48,681 nucleotides of DNA from Eggerthellales bacterium UBA1419 (GTDB lineage: Bacteria; Actinomycetota; Coriobacteriia; Coriobacteriales; UBA8131), in contig DBPN01000046.1 of NCBI GenBank assembly GCA_002305585.1, positions 32,014-80,694 of the forward strand. Reading direction: 5' to 3'. A program made the position numbers and the translations under genes. Positions 19,142 to 28,353 of this stretch are shown here, in pieces. Every line of letters starts with the position of its first letter. The first letter of the stretch is position 1. The notes beneath the pieces are model-generated. The model did not search any database and was not told where the DNA came from. It worked only from the letters and a program-made list of their open reading frames with translations.

Positions 19142-19609
19142 GTGACAACTCGTCAAGGCGTGCATCAGGCTCGGACCCTTGCACGGCGTAAAGCGCTTCA
19201 GGTTCTTTATCAAAGTGAGATAACCGGTTTACCAGTCGACGAGATCATGGAGCGGTCCCTTTGCGTCGAGGAAGTTGGTTTGATCTGTGATTTCACGCGA
19301 ATGCTGCTCTTGGGAACCAGCTCTCATATCGAAGAGGTCGATAACCTCATTGGGCAGACCTCTGAAAACTGGTCTTTGGAACGCATGCCGCTGGTAGACA
19401 AGAGTATACTCAGACTTGCCACCTTCGAGATTCTCCATGTTGATGATGTACCCTATAGCGTATCGATCAACGAGGCCGTTGAGCTGGCAAAGGATTTTGG
19501 CGGTGAAGATGACAGCTCTCGCTTTGTGAACGGTGTTTTGGGGCGAATAGCTGATTATCTCGAGGAGATTAAGAGCGAAACCGGAACAGAAGAGACAGCA
19601 GATGAATGA
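19142..19609 (+). CDS. nusB: Transcription antitermination factor NusB
   Basis: The motifs ARRKALQVLYQSE, LERMPLVDKSILRLATFE and INEAVELAKDFG are present. Confidence 0.93.
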   Translation: MTTRQGVHQARTLARRKALQVLYQSEITGLPVDEIMERSLCVEEVGLICDFTRMLLLGTSSHIEEVDNLIGQTSENWSLERMPLVDKSILRLATFEILHVDDVPYSVSINEAVELAKDFGGEDDSSRFVNGVLGRIADYLEEIKSETGTEETADE

Positions 19610-19925
19610 TCCAAGCACATATTCCCGCTTACGGGAGCGTCTTGAGGAGATCGTCGTCCAGGTACGCTCCAGAGATATCCCTCTGGAGAAAAGCCTTGAT
19701 CTGTACGAGGAGGCTCTGCGGCTGGGCAGTCGCTGTGCCGAATTGATCGATCGTACGGATTTCTCAACTGAGGAGCTGGAATCCATTTCTGAAGAGGCGG
19801 TGATTCATTCGCACAATGAATCCGTCTCAGTTGAGGCAGTGGTTCAATCTGATGAGGGATCTGGCGATGATGACAGTGAACCTGACGATGCCAATACTGC
19901 TGAGGGCACCGCAGAGAGTCGATGA
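19602..19925 (+). CDS. xseB: Exodeoxyribonuclease VII small subunit with an extended acidic tail
   Basis: The sequence LRERLEEIVVQVRSRDIPLEKSLDLYEEALRLGSRCAELI fits XseB. The gene overlaps nusB by 8 nt. The C-terminal ~45 aa are rich in D/E/S. Confidence 0.8.
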   Translation: MNDPSTYSRLRERLEEIVVQVRSRDIPLEKSLDLYEEALRLGSRCAELIDRTDFSTEELESISEEAVIHSHNESVSVEAVVQSDEGSGDDDSEPDDANTAEGTAESR

Positions 19926-19931
19926 ATCGCT

Positions 19932-21836
19932 ATGAACAGTATCCTTTCTGGTATAAATGGACCCGAAGATGTTCGCTCTTTATCCAAAGAGCAACTTGAT
20001 ATCTTGGCCCAGGAGATTCGCGAGGAGCTGGTCAATACAACTGCGAAGACTGGTGGACATCTGGCATCAAGTCTAGGCGCAGTGGAACTGATCTTGGCTC
20101 TGCACTCCATCTATGATTTCAGTCATGATCATCTGGTATTCGATGTTGGTCATCAGGCGTATGCGCACAAACTGATCACCGGTCGACGCAGTGATTTTGA
20201 TACCCTGCGTTGCTACGGTGGTATCTGTGGATTTACCAAGCGGGCAGAAAGCCCTTATGACAGCCATGATGCCGGTCATGCTTCCGACTCGCTTTCGATT
20301 GCATTGGGATTGGCCATGGCCAGGGATCTTGATGGTCGCACCGAGAATGTGGTTACGCTTATCGGTGATGCCTCTATCTCAGGTGGTATGGCGTTTGAGG
20401 CTTTGAACCACATCGGTCACCTGAATACCAATCTGACTATCATCCTCAACGATAATGAGATGAGTATCTCCCGCAATGTTGGCGCCTTGTCGCTGTATCT
20501 AGCCAAAGCCAGGCTCAGCAAGCCCTATATCAGCGCTCGTGATGGCGTTGAGGGCAAGCTGGGTGAGCTTGGCCGCGTAGGTCGCTTCCTGGTCGACGCA
20601 GGGGAAGCATTCAAGGGCTCATTCAAGAAGCTTGTGGTTCCCGGGATGTTCTTTGAGGATATGGGCATCAAGTATATCGGCCCTATCGATGGCCATAACA
20701 TCACGGCATTGCAGGAGGCATTGATTGCCGCAAAGAAGACCAGGGGTCCGGTGCTGATCCATGCGGTTACCACAAAAGGCCGTGGCTTCTCCTATGCCGA
20801 GGAACGACCGGATATCTTCCATGGTGTTGGCGCCTATGATCCCGAGACCGGAGAGCCGGTGAGCGCGGCTACTGGCCAGCCCAAGTACACTGAGGTCTTC
20901 TCACAGGCGATGGTTACAGAAGGCGGCAACAACCCGGACATCATCGCCATCACGGCGGCCATGCAGGATGGTACCGGTCTCAGCGCCTTTAAGAAACACT
21001 ATCCCAACCGTTTCTTCGATGTGGGGATCGCCGAGGAACACGCAGTGACGTTCGCCGCCGGCTTGGCTTTGGGCGGGAAGCTGCCCGTTGTGGCAATCTA
21101 TTCTACGTTCTTGCAGCGGGCCTATGATCAGATGATCGTCAATGTGGCGCTGCAGAAACAACATGTGGTGTTCTGTATCGACAGGGCGGGCTTGGTGGGA
21201 GAGGACGGTCCCACTCATCATGGCGTCTTTGACCTGGTGTATCTGCGCTCCATTCCCCAAATGAGGATCCTGGCTCCAGCTGATGGCAATCAGCTCATCG
21301 ATGCGCTGCATACTGCCTTAGCACTGGATAACGGACCAATCGCGCTGCGTTACCCCAGAGGATCGATAGTCAGGGAACTGGAGCAAAGGCCGCCTCGGCT
21401 CCTACAGGAGGGGAAGGCCGCTAAGATCCGCGAGGGCAAGGATGTGGCTTTGCTGGCGGTGGGCAGGATGGTGCGTATCGCCAACGAAGTGGCCAACATC
21501 CTAGCAGAAGAAGGTATCGAAGCTGCTGTGTATAACATGCTCTGGGTTAAGCCTCTGGATGAAGACGCGATACTTGAAGCCAGTACCACTAAGCTGGTTA
21601 TCACCTTGGAGGAAGGTACTGTTAACGGTGGCTTTGGCTCCGGAGTGCTGGAGGTATTGGCCAAGCGCTTGCTAGACGGGCAGTGCCACGCAACACGGAC
21701 ATTGGTCTTGGGACTGCCGGATGAGTTCATCACACATGGCGATGTGGCTCATCTGGTTAAGGACTTGGGACTCTCCGCACCTCAAGTTGCTCAGACAATC
21801 AAGAATAAACTCTATGGCCAAGACGCGGCTCGATGA
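19932..21836 (+). CDS. dxs: 1-deoxy-D-xylulose-5-phosphate synthase
   Basis: The motifs GGHLASSLGAVELILALH and GDASISGGMAFEALN (TPP binding) and DRAGLVGEDGPTHHG are present. Confidence 0.96.
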   Translation: MNSILSGINGPEDVRSLSKEQLDILAQEIREELVNTTAKTGGHLASSLGAVELILALHSIYDFSHDHLVFDVGHQAYAHKLITGRRSDFDTLRCYGGICGFTKRAESPYDSHDAGHASDSLSIALGLAMARDLDGRTENVVTLIGDASISGGMAFEALNHIGHLNTNLTIILNDNEMSISRNVGALSLYLAKARLSKPYISARDGVEGKLGELGRVGRFLVDAGEAFKGSFKKLVVPGMFFEDMGIKYIGPIDGHNITALQEALIAAKKTRGPVLIHAVTTKGRGFSYAEERPDIFHGVGAYDPETGEPVSAATGQPKYTEVFSQAMVTEGGNNPDIIAITAAMQDGTGLSAFKKHYPNRFFDVGIAEEHAVTFAAGLALGGKLPVVAIYSTFLQRAYDQMIVNVALQKQHVVFCIDRAGLVGEDGPTHHGVFDLVYLRSIPQMRILAPADGNQLIDALHTALALDNGPIALRYPRGSIVRELEQRPPRLLQEGKAAKIREGKDVALLAVGRMVRIANEVANILAEEGIEAAVYNMLWVKPLDEDAILEASTTKLVITLEEGTVNGGFGSGVLEVLAKRLLDGQCHATRTLVLGLPDEFITHGDVAHLVKDLGLSAPQVAQTIKNKLYGQDAAR

Positions 21837-22608
21837 ACTGCTGGTAGCTCGTGGCCATTTCGCTACTCGCGAGCAGGCCGCCCGAGCCTGCATCGCCGGT
21901 ATCGTCCGCAGCCGCGACACAGTATTATCTAAGCCCGGGACCCTGGTGGACGGGGGGCTTCCCATCAACCTGATAGAATCGCGCCCCTTCGTCTCGCGCG
22001 GTGGCGAGAAGCTGGCCGGGGCGCTTGATGAATTTGGACTCTCTGTCAAGGGATCGCGCTGTATCGATATTGGTGCCTCCACGGGCGGCTTCAGCGATTG
22101 CCTGCTCAAGCGAGGGGCCGCTTCTGTAGTCGCTGTCGATGTTGGCTATGGACAACTCGCCTGGCAGATCAGAAGTGATGAGAGGGTCACAGTTTTCGAG
22201 CGGACCAATATCCGTACCGCTGATCCGGCAGCGTTGGGTGCGCCATTTGATGTTGCGGTAGTTGATGTCAGTTTCATGACAGTCAGGAATATCCTCAGGC
22301 AGATTGAGAGATTATTACTATCTGGTGGAAACCTTATCGCTTTGGTCAAACCGCAATTCGAGTTGCCACCTGCCGATGTTGACCGTGGTGGAGTGATTAG
22401 TGAACCGGAGTTGCACATCAAGGCTTTAGAGTTGGTTCTCGATAGTATGAAGAGCACCTCTCTGACCGCTCGCGGTTTGACATCATCGCCAATAAAGGGT
22501 GCCGAAGGAAATATCGAGTTTCTGTTATGGGCACAAAAAGACGGGATATGCGCTACTATTGCCACTGAGATAGTTGTCGAGCAGGCACATGGACGGCTTG
22601 ATGGATAA
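21814..22608 (+). CDS. tlyA: TlyA-family rRNA 2'-O-methyltransferase (S4 plus FtsJ domains)
   Basis: The sequences MAKTRLDELLVARG (S4 domain), GGEKL and DIGASTGGFSDCLL fit the family. I prefer the ATG at 21814, which overlaps dxs by 23 nt. The ORF-track start at 21721 would lie inside dxs. Confidence 0.88.
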   Translation: MAKTRLDELLVARGHFATREQAARACIAGIVRSRDTVLSKPGTLVDGGLPINLIESRPFVSRGGEKLAGALDEFGLSVKGSRCIDIGASTGGFSDCLLKRGAASVVAVDVGYGQLAWQIRSDERVTVFERTNIRTADPAALGAPFDVAVVDVSFMTVRNILRQIERLLLSGGNLIALVKPQFELPPADVDRGGVISEPELHIKALELVLDSMKSTSLTARGLTSSPIKGAEGNIEFLLWAQKDGICATIATEIVVEQAHGRLDG

Positions 22609-22637
22609 GCGGTATCGTCCCGCAACGTAAGGGATTG

Positions 22638-23513
22638 ATGATGAGACTACTTCTGGTCGCGAATACAGCTAATGCACTGGCGACAAATGCCCGTGATGAA
22701 GTGGACCGCTGGTTGCGTGCTCAGGGGATATCGACCACTATAGCCTCAAGCGGTGACTTTTGTCGCAAGAGTGCGGCGGTTTCGCAGTTAACCACCCAGA
22801 TAGGCAGCTATGACCTTGTCTGTGTCTTTGGCGGCGATGGCGCCATCTTGCGTACAGCCCGGATTGTCGGAGCGTCACGGGTTCCGTTGTTGGGCTTCAA
22901 TTTTGGCCACCTGGGTTTTTTGGCTGGCGCATCCGGTGATGACCCGATCTCTGCACTGCAGGCAGTCTTCGCAGGCGAGGTCGTGCATGAGCTGAGGACG
23001 GTTTTGCTCGCATGCATCGAATTTGCCGATGGCCATACGGAACAGATAACCGCCCTCAACGAGATCGTGTTAGCCAGGGGGAGCTCGGGTAGGGTCATCG
23101 ACGTCAACCTGCTCATCAACGGCGTGCACATCGCGGACATCCGTGGCGACGGAATAATGGTGGCTACGGCAACCGGGTCGACCGCGTATGCGTTATCGGC
23201 TGGTGGCCCATTGATGGCGCCCACCCATAAGGGTCTCTGTGTCGTGCCAATCGCTCCGCATACATTGGCTGCTCGTGCGATGGTGACCGCTCCAAGCGAC
23301 GTGATTGAATTACTGCCAACGGCTAAACGCGAGCAACAGATCACCGTCTTCGCTGACGGAGAGGCACTCGAGCACCCCAAGGACAATGACGCCGAGATCG
23401 TGGCAGTGAGCGTAAATCGCAACCCGGATGAGTTGCTGCTTGTTCGTTATGACGCACCAGATTTCTACACAGCAGTCTCGCAGGTCTTCTTTGGGGGCGG
23501 ATATGCTCGATGA
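22638..23513 (+). CDS. nadK: NAD+ kinase
   Basis: The motifs GGDGAILR, NEIVL and ATATGSTAYALSAGGP are present. The start is ambiguous between TTG 22635, ATG 22638 and ATG 22641, with AAGGGA at 22628-22633. Confidence 0.92.
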   Translation: MMRLLLVANTANALATNARDEVDRWLRAQGISTTIASSGDFCRKSAAVSQLTTQIGSYDLVCVFGGDGAILRTARIVGASRVPLLGFNFGHLGFLAGASGDDPISALQAVFAGEVVHELRTVLLACIEFADGHTEQITALNEIVLARGSSGRVIDVNLLINGVHIADIRGDGIMVATATGSTAYALSAGGPLMAPTHKGLCVVPIAPHTLAARAMVTAPSDVIELLPTAKREQQITVFADGEALEHPKDNDAEIVAVSVNRNPDELLLVRYDAPDFYTAVSQVFFGGGYAR

Positions 23514-25122
23514 GCTTCGGGTAAGGGATATCGCGCTCATCGAGGATGCCAGCATGGAGTTCTCACCTGGTCTCACTGTGCTTACTGGTGAGACGGGAGC
23601 CGGGAAGACAGCCCTGCTTGGCGCGCTGAAGCTGTTGATCGGTGAGCGTGGCGACAGCACCTTGGTGCGCGACACTGCTTCTGAGGCGCGGGTTGAGGCA
23701 CGGATGACCCTAGACGATAGCGAGCACATCATCTGTCGGCGAATAAGCCAGGATGGGCGATCGCGTTGTACTCTTGATGATGAAATGGTCACCGTAGGCG
23801 CACTGGCAGCACGCATCGGGCCATTCTTCGACCTGCATGGACAACACGAGCATCAATCGCTGCTCTCCCCGTCCACGCAACTGACGTATCTGGATCGTTT
23901 CATCGGCTCTGTTGCCAGTCAGGCGTTAGCGGCATACCAGCAGGCATGGCATCATCAGCATGAAGCCGAGGAACTGGTTGAGCGCATAGAGGAGCTTGCT
24001 CTGACCTCCTCGGTGAAGTTGCAGCAGGCACAAGCCGCGTTCAATGAGATCAATGCCCTCGATCCTCAACCGGGCGAGCTGGAGCAAATCGAACAGCAGC
24101 TTCCACGTCTACGCAACGGGGAGCAGTTGGCACAGGTCTCGGGTGAGGCTTTTGAGGCGTTGCGAAGTGACGACGGCGCTTTGGATAAGCTGGGAACAGC
24201 CCTGAAGGGCTTGACCCGTAGCTCAACTGTCGATGTCGAATTGGATGCACTTACCAATCGTATGGAGTCCCTGCTCATCGACTTAGAGGATCTGGCTTCT
24301 GAGTTGCGAGCTTATCGCGATGATGTCGAGTTCGACCCCGAGGCGCTTCAGCGAGCATTGGATCGATTGGGACAGCTTGAAGGGTTATGCAGACGGTATG
24401 GCCCGCGCATGGATGATGTGCTCAACACTTGGCATGAAGCCTCGGATACCATCAACCTCACCAGTGATATCGATGAGCGTCGGCAAGAGGCAAAGATAGC
24501 CTTACAGGAGGCTGAATCAACATTGAGGCAGGCTGCCGAGCACTTGGAGCAGATACGAGAGAACGGGAGCAGGGATTTCGCTGATGCAGTCAGCGCGTCT
24601 GTGCAGGACCTGGCCATGGCAGGTGCCTCTTTCGAGTTGGCTATCACCCCACTCAAGCGCGAGGACTGGACTATCAACGGGTCATGCCGCTATGAATTGC
24701 TGTATCAACCAAGTGCGAACTCTGTTCCGCGTCCGTTGGCCAGGATTGCAAGTGGGGGAGAGCTTTCGCGTGTGATGCTGGCGTTGAAGACGCTGATCGG
24801 GCAGGAGGCAGCTGCAGTAACGCTGGTCTTCGATGAGATCGATGCAGGGATAGGTGGCATAACGGCTGTCGCGGTCGCCCAACGTCTTCGCCAGCTTGCG
24901 CAGACGCATCAAGTGATCGCCGTCACACATCTTGCCCAAATCGCCGCTGTTGCCGATACCCACCTTGTGATCAGTAAGCATGTGAGTGAAGGTATGGCGC
25001 ATACTGCGTTGACTGCGGTGTTTGGCGAAGACCGTACCAGCGAGATTGCTCGGATGCTATCAGGTAGCGATGATGTCGTGGCGCTAGAGCATGCCCGACA
25101 GTTGTTATGTGAGCTGGTGTAG
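23503..25122 (+). CDS. recN: DNA repair protein RecN
   Basis: The N-terminus MLDELRVRDIALIEDA, Walker A GETGAGKT, the SMC signature SGGELSRVMLAL and Walker B LVFDEIDAG are present. The ATG at 23503 overlaps nadK by 11 nt. Confidence 0.95.
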   Translation: MLDELRVRDIALIEDASMEFSPGLTVLTGETGAGKTALLGALKLLIGERGDSTLVRDTASEARVEARMTLDDSEHIICRRISQDGRSRCTLDDEMVTVGALAARIGPFFDLHGQHEHQSLLSPSTQLTYLDRFIGSVASQALAAYQQAWHHQHEAEELVERIEELALTSSVKLQQAQAAFNEINALDPQPGELEQIEQQLPRLRNGEQLAQVSGEAFEALRSDDGALDKLGTALKGLTRSSTVDVELDALTNRMESLLIDLEDLASELRAYRDDVEFDPEALQRALDRLGQLEGLCRRYGPRMDDVLNTWHEASDTINLTSDIDERRQEAKIALQEAESTLRQAAEHLEQIRENGSRDFADAVSASVQDLAMAGASFELAITPLKREDWTINGSCRYELLYQPSANSVPRPLARIASGGELSRVMLALKTLIGQEAAAVTLVFDEIDAGIGGITAVAVAQRLRQLAQTHQVIAVTHLAQIAAVADTHLVISKHVSEGMAHTALTAVFGEDRTSEIARMLSGSDDVVALEHARQLLCELV

Positions 25123-25125
25123 ACT

Positions 25126-26247
25126 ATGACGATCAGTGGAAAAGCGCAATTAGGCAAGAAGACAAAGTTCTTGGTCCAAACCCTTACAACGTCTGACATC
25201 GCCATTATCGATCATGTGGATATCGACAGGGTGTCCGCAGAAGGTCTGGTTAGGAGCGGTGTGAAGGGTGTGGTAAATGCCGCTCAGTCGATCTCTGGGC
25301 GTTATCCGAATGTGGGACCGAAAATCCTTGTGGATGCTGGTATCGAATTGTTGGATAACGTGGGACCTGAGGTCTTCGAGGTTGTCAGCGATGGTGATAT
25401 TGTCAGTATCGTGGATAACGAGCTGGTTTGCAATAATCTGGTGATAGCCAGTGGCACGCTTCTGGATCGGACGCAGATCGAACTGAGGATGCAAGCCGCA
25501 GAGCGCATGCTCGATCAGCAGATGGAGAAATTCGTCCAGAATACCATCGAGTACCTGGAGCGGGAGAAAGTCAGCCTGATCTATGATCCCTGGGTTCCGC
25601 CCGTACGGACGCCGATTAGAGGACGGCAGGTATTGGTTGTGGTGCGTGGTTACGAATACCTTCAGGATTTAAGAACCCTGACGCCGTATATCCGTGAGAT
25701 CAAGCCGGTGTTGATAGGCGTCGATGGAGGGGCCGATGCCCTGCTCGAGGCGGGTTTCAAACCAGATATCATCATCGGCGATATGGACTCTGTGACAGAT
25801 GCAGCGCTGAAGTCGGGCGCCGAGGTCATCCCACACGCCTATGAGGACGGGACCTGTCCCTCGCAGACACGTTTGGAAAAGCTGGGCGTGATGGCTTCGC
25901 CATGGCGGCTTGCGGCAACCAGCGAGGATCTCGCGTTGCTTCTCGCTTGGGAGAAGAAGGCAGATCTGATAGTGGCCTTGGGTACTCATTCCAATCTTGT
26001 GGAATACCTGGACAAGGGAAGGGCAGGAATGGCATCATCCTTCCTGGTGCGGCTTAAAGTTGGTACCAAGCTCGTGGATGCCAAGGGTGTGAGCAAATTG
26101 TATCGAGCCTCAGCTCCGCCTCGACATATACTGCTGGTAGTTTTGGCTGCGTTCTTGGTGGTTGTCTCAGTGATTGCTATCTCAGAGCCGCTTCGCAATA
26201 TCTTCACCGTGATGTGGTTGAATATCCGAACACACCTCGGTTTGTGA
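25126..26247 (+). CDS. steA: SteA-like putative cytokinetic/cell-separation protein (thiamine-pyrophosphokinase-like domain plus C-terminal TM)
   Basis: The sequences DIAIIDHVDIDRVSAEGLV and GVDGGADALLEAGFKPDIIIGDMDS and a C-terminal TM helix fit the family. The position after recN matches other actinobacteria. Confidence 0.8.
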   Translation: MTISGKAQLGKKTKFLVQTLTTSDIAIIDHVDIDRVSAEGLVRSGVKGVVNAAQSISGRYPNVGPKILVDAGIELLDNVGPEVFEVVSDGDIVSIVDNELVCNNLVIASGTLLDRTQIELRMQAAERMLDQQMEKFVQNTIEYLEREKVSLIYDPWVPPVRTPIRGRQVLVVVRGYEYLQDLRTLTPYIREIKPVLIGVDGGADALLEAGFKPDIIIGDMDSVTDAALKSGAEVIPHAYEDGTCPSQTRLEKLGVMASPWRLAATSEDLALLLAWEKKADLIVALGTHSNLVEYLDKGRAGMASSFLVRLKVGTKLVDAKGVSKLYRASAPPRHILLVVLAAFLVVVSVIAISEPLRNIFTVMWLNIRTHLGL

Positions 26248-26329
26248 TCTAGATGCTTGTAGCAGCTAGACGAGCTTGAATGATTTGAAGGTAAGGTACC
26301 TGTAGTCTCTATGAAGATGGGATTAAGTA

Positions 26330-27625
26330 ATGTACAACCTCAGATACCATCTGGTGACGATCTGTTCGATTTTCCTGGCACTGGCCATAGGGTTGTTGCT
26401 TGGCGCTGCGATTGCCGGAAGCGATCTGGTGCGAGATACATCACAGGGTTTGGTTGATTCTCTCCTTGAGGAGTTCAACGATATAACCCAGGAGAATAAC
26501 GAGCTTACAAAACAGATAGAAGTCGAACGACCTTTGACGCAACAGCTGCTTGGTTATTGGCAGGATGGACAATTGGTTGATCGAACGGTTGTGGTTTTAA
26601 GCGGTGACTCGGCTTCTGATACCGAGCTCTCGCAGCAGACGAGCCAGATGATCTCAGACAGTGGCGGCGTGCCGGTGACCATAACGGTCAAGGTTCCGGA
26701 GTTCGGTCTTACAGATGCGACGATAACGGAATCGTTGCAGCAGGTTATACCTGTGGTTGATGGCGAACCTTATACCACGACGATTGGCAAGGCTCTGGTT
26801 GATGAATGGACCTACGATGGCCTGCTGGCCGCGGTAGCAACAGAGCAGAATGGTTCCTCTGCTGAAGGATCGACAGCCGACGAATCCAACGCGTCTGGAT
26901 CCACAACAAGCAGCTCCACGACAAACGGATCATCGACGAACGCATCATCTGTCCCAGACGTGGATACAGAGGAGCTGCCAACCATAACCAAGCGCCTAAT
27001 CCTCGGTTTCCCTCTCACGTCAAAACTGGTTGACTTGGATTGCATCACTATCACTGTGGATTATAAGAGCTTCATCGCAGCTAACAGCGATAAGATGACA
27101 ACAAGACAGAAGCAGACATGGACCGAAGCCGATGAAGACGGTCTGCCATACGCGGTAAACGGTCTGGTCAACCTGTTGACTGTTTCCAATGATGAGAACA
27201 GCGCCAGCATCGCCGACCCGGTTGGACTGCAGATTACGCGTTATATCGACAACCTTGGCACTGCTGGGGATCTGCCTGTCTATCAATGGAAGACAACGAC
27301 TGATGCCAACGCAATGGAAGGCGGCGATGATCAGTCATCTGCGGGGGAGGCAGCGACAGGGATACTCGATCAGATCGGCGATGGTGAAGTCACTGCTAGT
27401 GATGACGTTGACCCAACGACGTTAGGCCGCTATGCAGTGTTGGCGCAGGTGAAGGGGCGAGCGAACAGTTTCATCGATGCTGCGACTCAGATGGGTTTGT
27501 CCTGCGTCACCACTCTGGATGATGCTTCTGGTGAATACAGTCTAGTCGCATTGCTGTCCGGTGCACGCAAGGGTATCTACGGATCAGATAGACCAGCCGA
27601 CGCACATTTCCCGACTTTGCCCTAA
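26330..27625 (+). CDS. SteB / MctB-like 'copper transporter' family (DUF3186) membrane-anchored protein
   Basis: The N-terminus MYNLRYHLVTICSIFLALAIGLLLGAAI is the family's hallmark, and the gene sits directly after steA. It contains a Ser/Thr-rich low-complexity insert at 26849-26950. Confidence 0.7.
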   Translation: MYNLRYHLVTICSIFLALAIGLLLGAAIAGSDLVRDTSQGLVDSLLEEFNDITQENNELTKQIEVERPLTQQLLGYWQDGQLVDRTVVVLSGDSASDTELSQQTSQMISDSGGVPVTITVKVPEFGLTDATITESLQQVIPVVDGEPYTTTIGKALVDEWTYDGLLAAVATEQNGSSAEGSTADESNASGSTTSSSTTNGSSTNASSVPDVDTEELPTITKRLILGFPLTSKLVDLDCITITVDYKSFIAANSDKMTTRQKQTWTEADEDGLPYAVNGLVNLLTVSNDENSASIADPVGLQITRYIDNLGTAGDLPVYQWKTTTDANAMEGGDDQSSAGEAATGILDQIGDGEVTASDDVDPTTLGRYAVLAQVKGRANSFIDAATQMGLSCVTTLDDASGEYSLVALLSGARKGIYGSDRPADAHFPTLP

Positions 27626-27630
27626 TCGGG

Positions 27631-28353
27631 TCATCGTCCCGATCTGCCCAGATCCCTGATGGCTTTCTTGACATCCAGGAATTGTTTTCCTCTGTGGATG
27701 AAGCCGGCGAGATCCCTGCCGGTAGCTCGATGATGCATCTCAACGGGTACTTCAAGTACGGTGAAGCCACAGCGTAGTGCCCTGATGGTCATCGCCACTT
27801 CCACGCCGTAGCGATCAGCGAAGGGTCGAAGTTGCCTGAAGCACGACCAGGTTATCGCTCTCTGCCCGCTCAACGGAGCTTGGGCGTTATAACCGCCACC
27901 CAATCGCCTGATAGCCTCACGAGCGGTGTTCACAACCAGTCCGAAACCGGCTTTTTGCTGCGAAGCAGGGAATACCGCGACACTCATATCGGCCTGACCC
28001 AGCAGGACTGGCTCGAGCAGATCCGCTGCCGCTTTAGCGCTGCTGCCCACATCGGCATCTAAGAGCAACAGGATATCGCTTTCGCAAAGAGCCGGTCTTG
28101 AGGGTAGAGGCTGCTCCAGTGTCCGCGCAAGTAGCTCAAAGGCTGCTCCCTTCCCCCTGTTGCCTTTCCCGCTTATCACCATGGCATCAGCTTTGTCGGC
28201 TAATGCCGCTGTGTCGTCAGTCGAGCCGTCATCGATGACCAGCACCTCTGTCACATGGGGCAATGCCCTCGCCGTCAGCACCGTCTCGGTGATGGTCTCA
28301 GCTTCATTGTAGGCCGGTATGCAGACGAGCACCGCCACGTTATCGACCCCCAT
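27631..28353 (-). CDS. Soluble GT-A fold glycosyltransferase (family 2-like)
   Basis: The motifs VLVCIPAYNE, VIDDGSTDDT and LLLDAD (DxD) are present, and I see no TM segment. The start is ambiguous between GTG 28338 (GGGGG 8-10 nt upstream, immediately after the murJ stop), ATG 28353 (14-nt overlap) and ATG 28395 (56-nt overlap). Confidence 0.8.
   Translation of the reverse strand: MGVDNVAVLVCIPAYNEAETITETVLTARALPHVTEVLVIDDGSTDDTAALADKADAMVISGKGNRGKGAAFELLARTLEQPLPSRPALCESDILLLLDADVGSSAKAAADLLEPVLLGQADMSVAVFPASQQKAGFGLVVNTAREAIRRLGGGYNAQAPLSGQRAITWSCFRQLRPFADRYGVEVAMTIRALRCGFTVLEVPVEMHHRATGRDLAGFIHRGKQFLDVKKAIRDLGRSGR

Noticed and set aside
26248-26270. An imperfect hairpin (TCTAGATGC / GCAGCTAGA, one mismatch) just after steA
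   Set aside because: The stem is short and mismatched, there is no T-tract, and the next gene follows on the same strand 60 bp later. Evidence for any function is insufficient.
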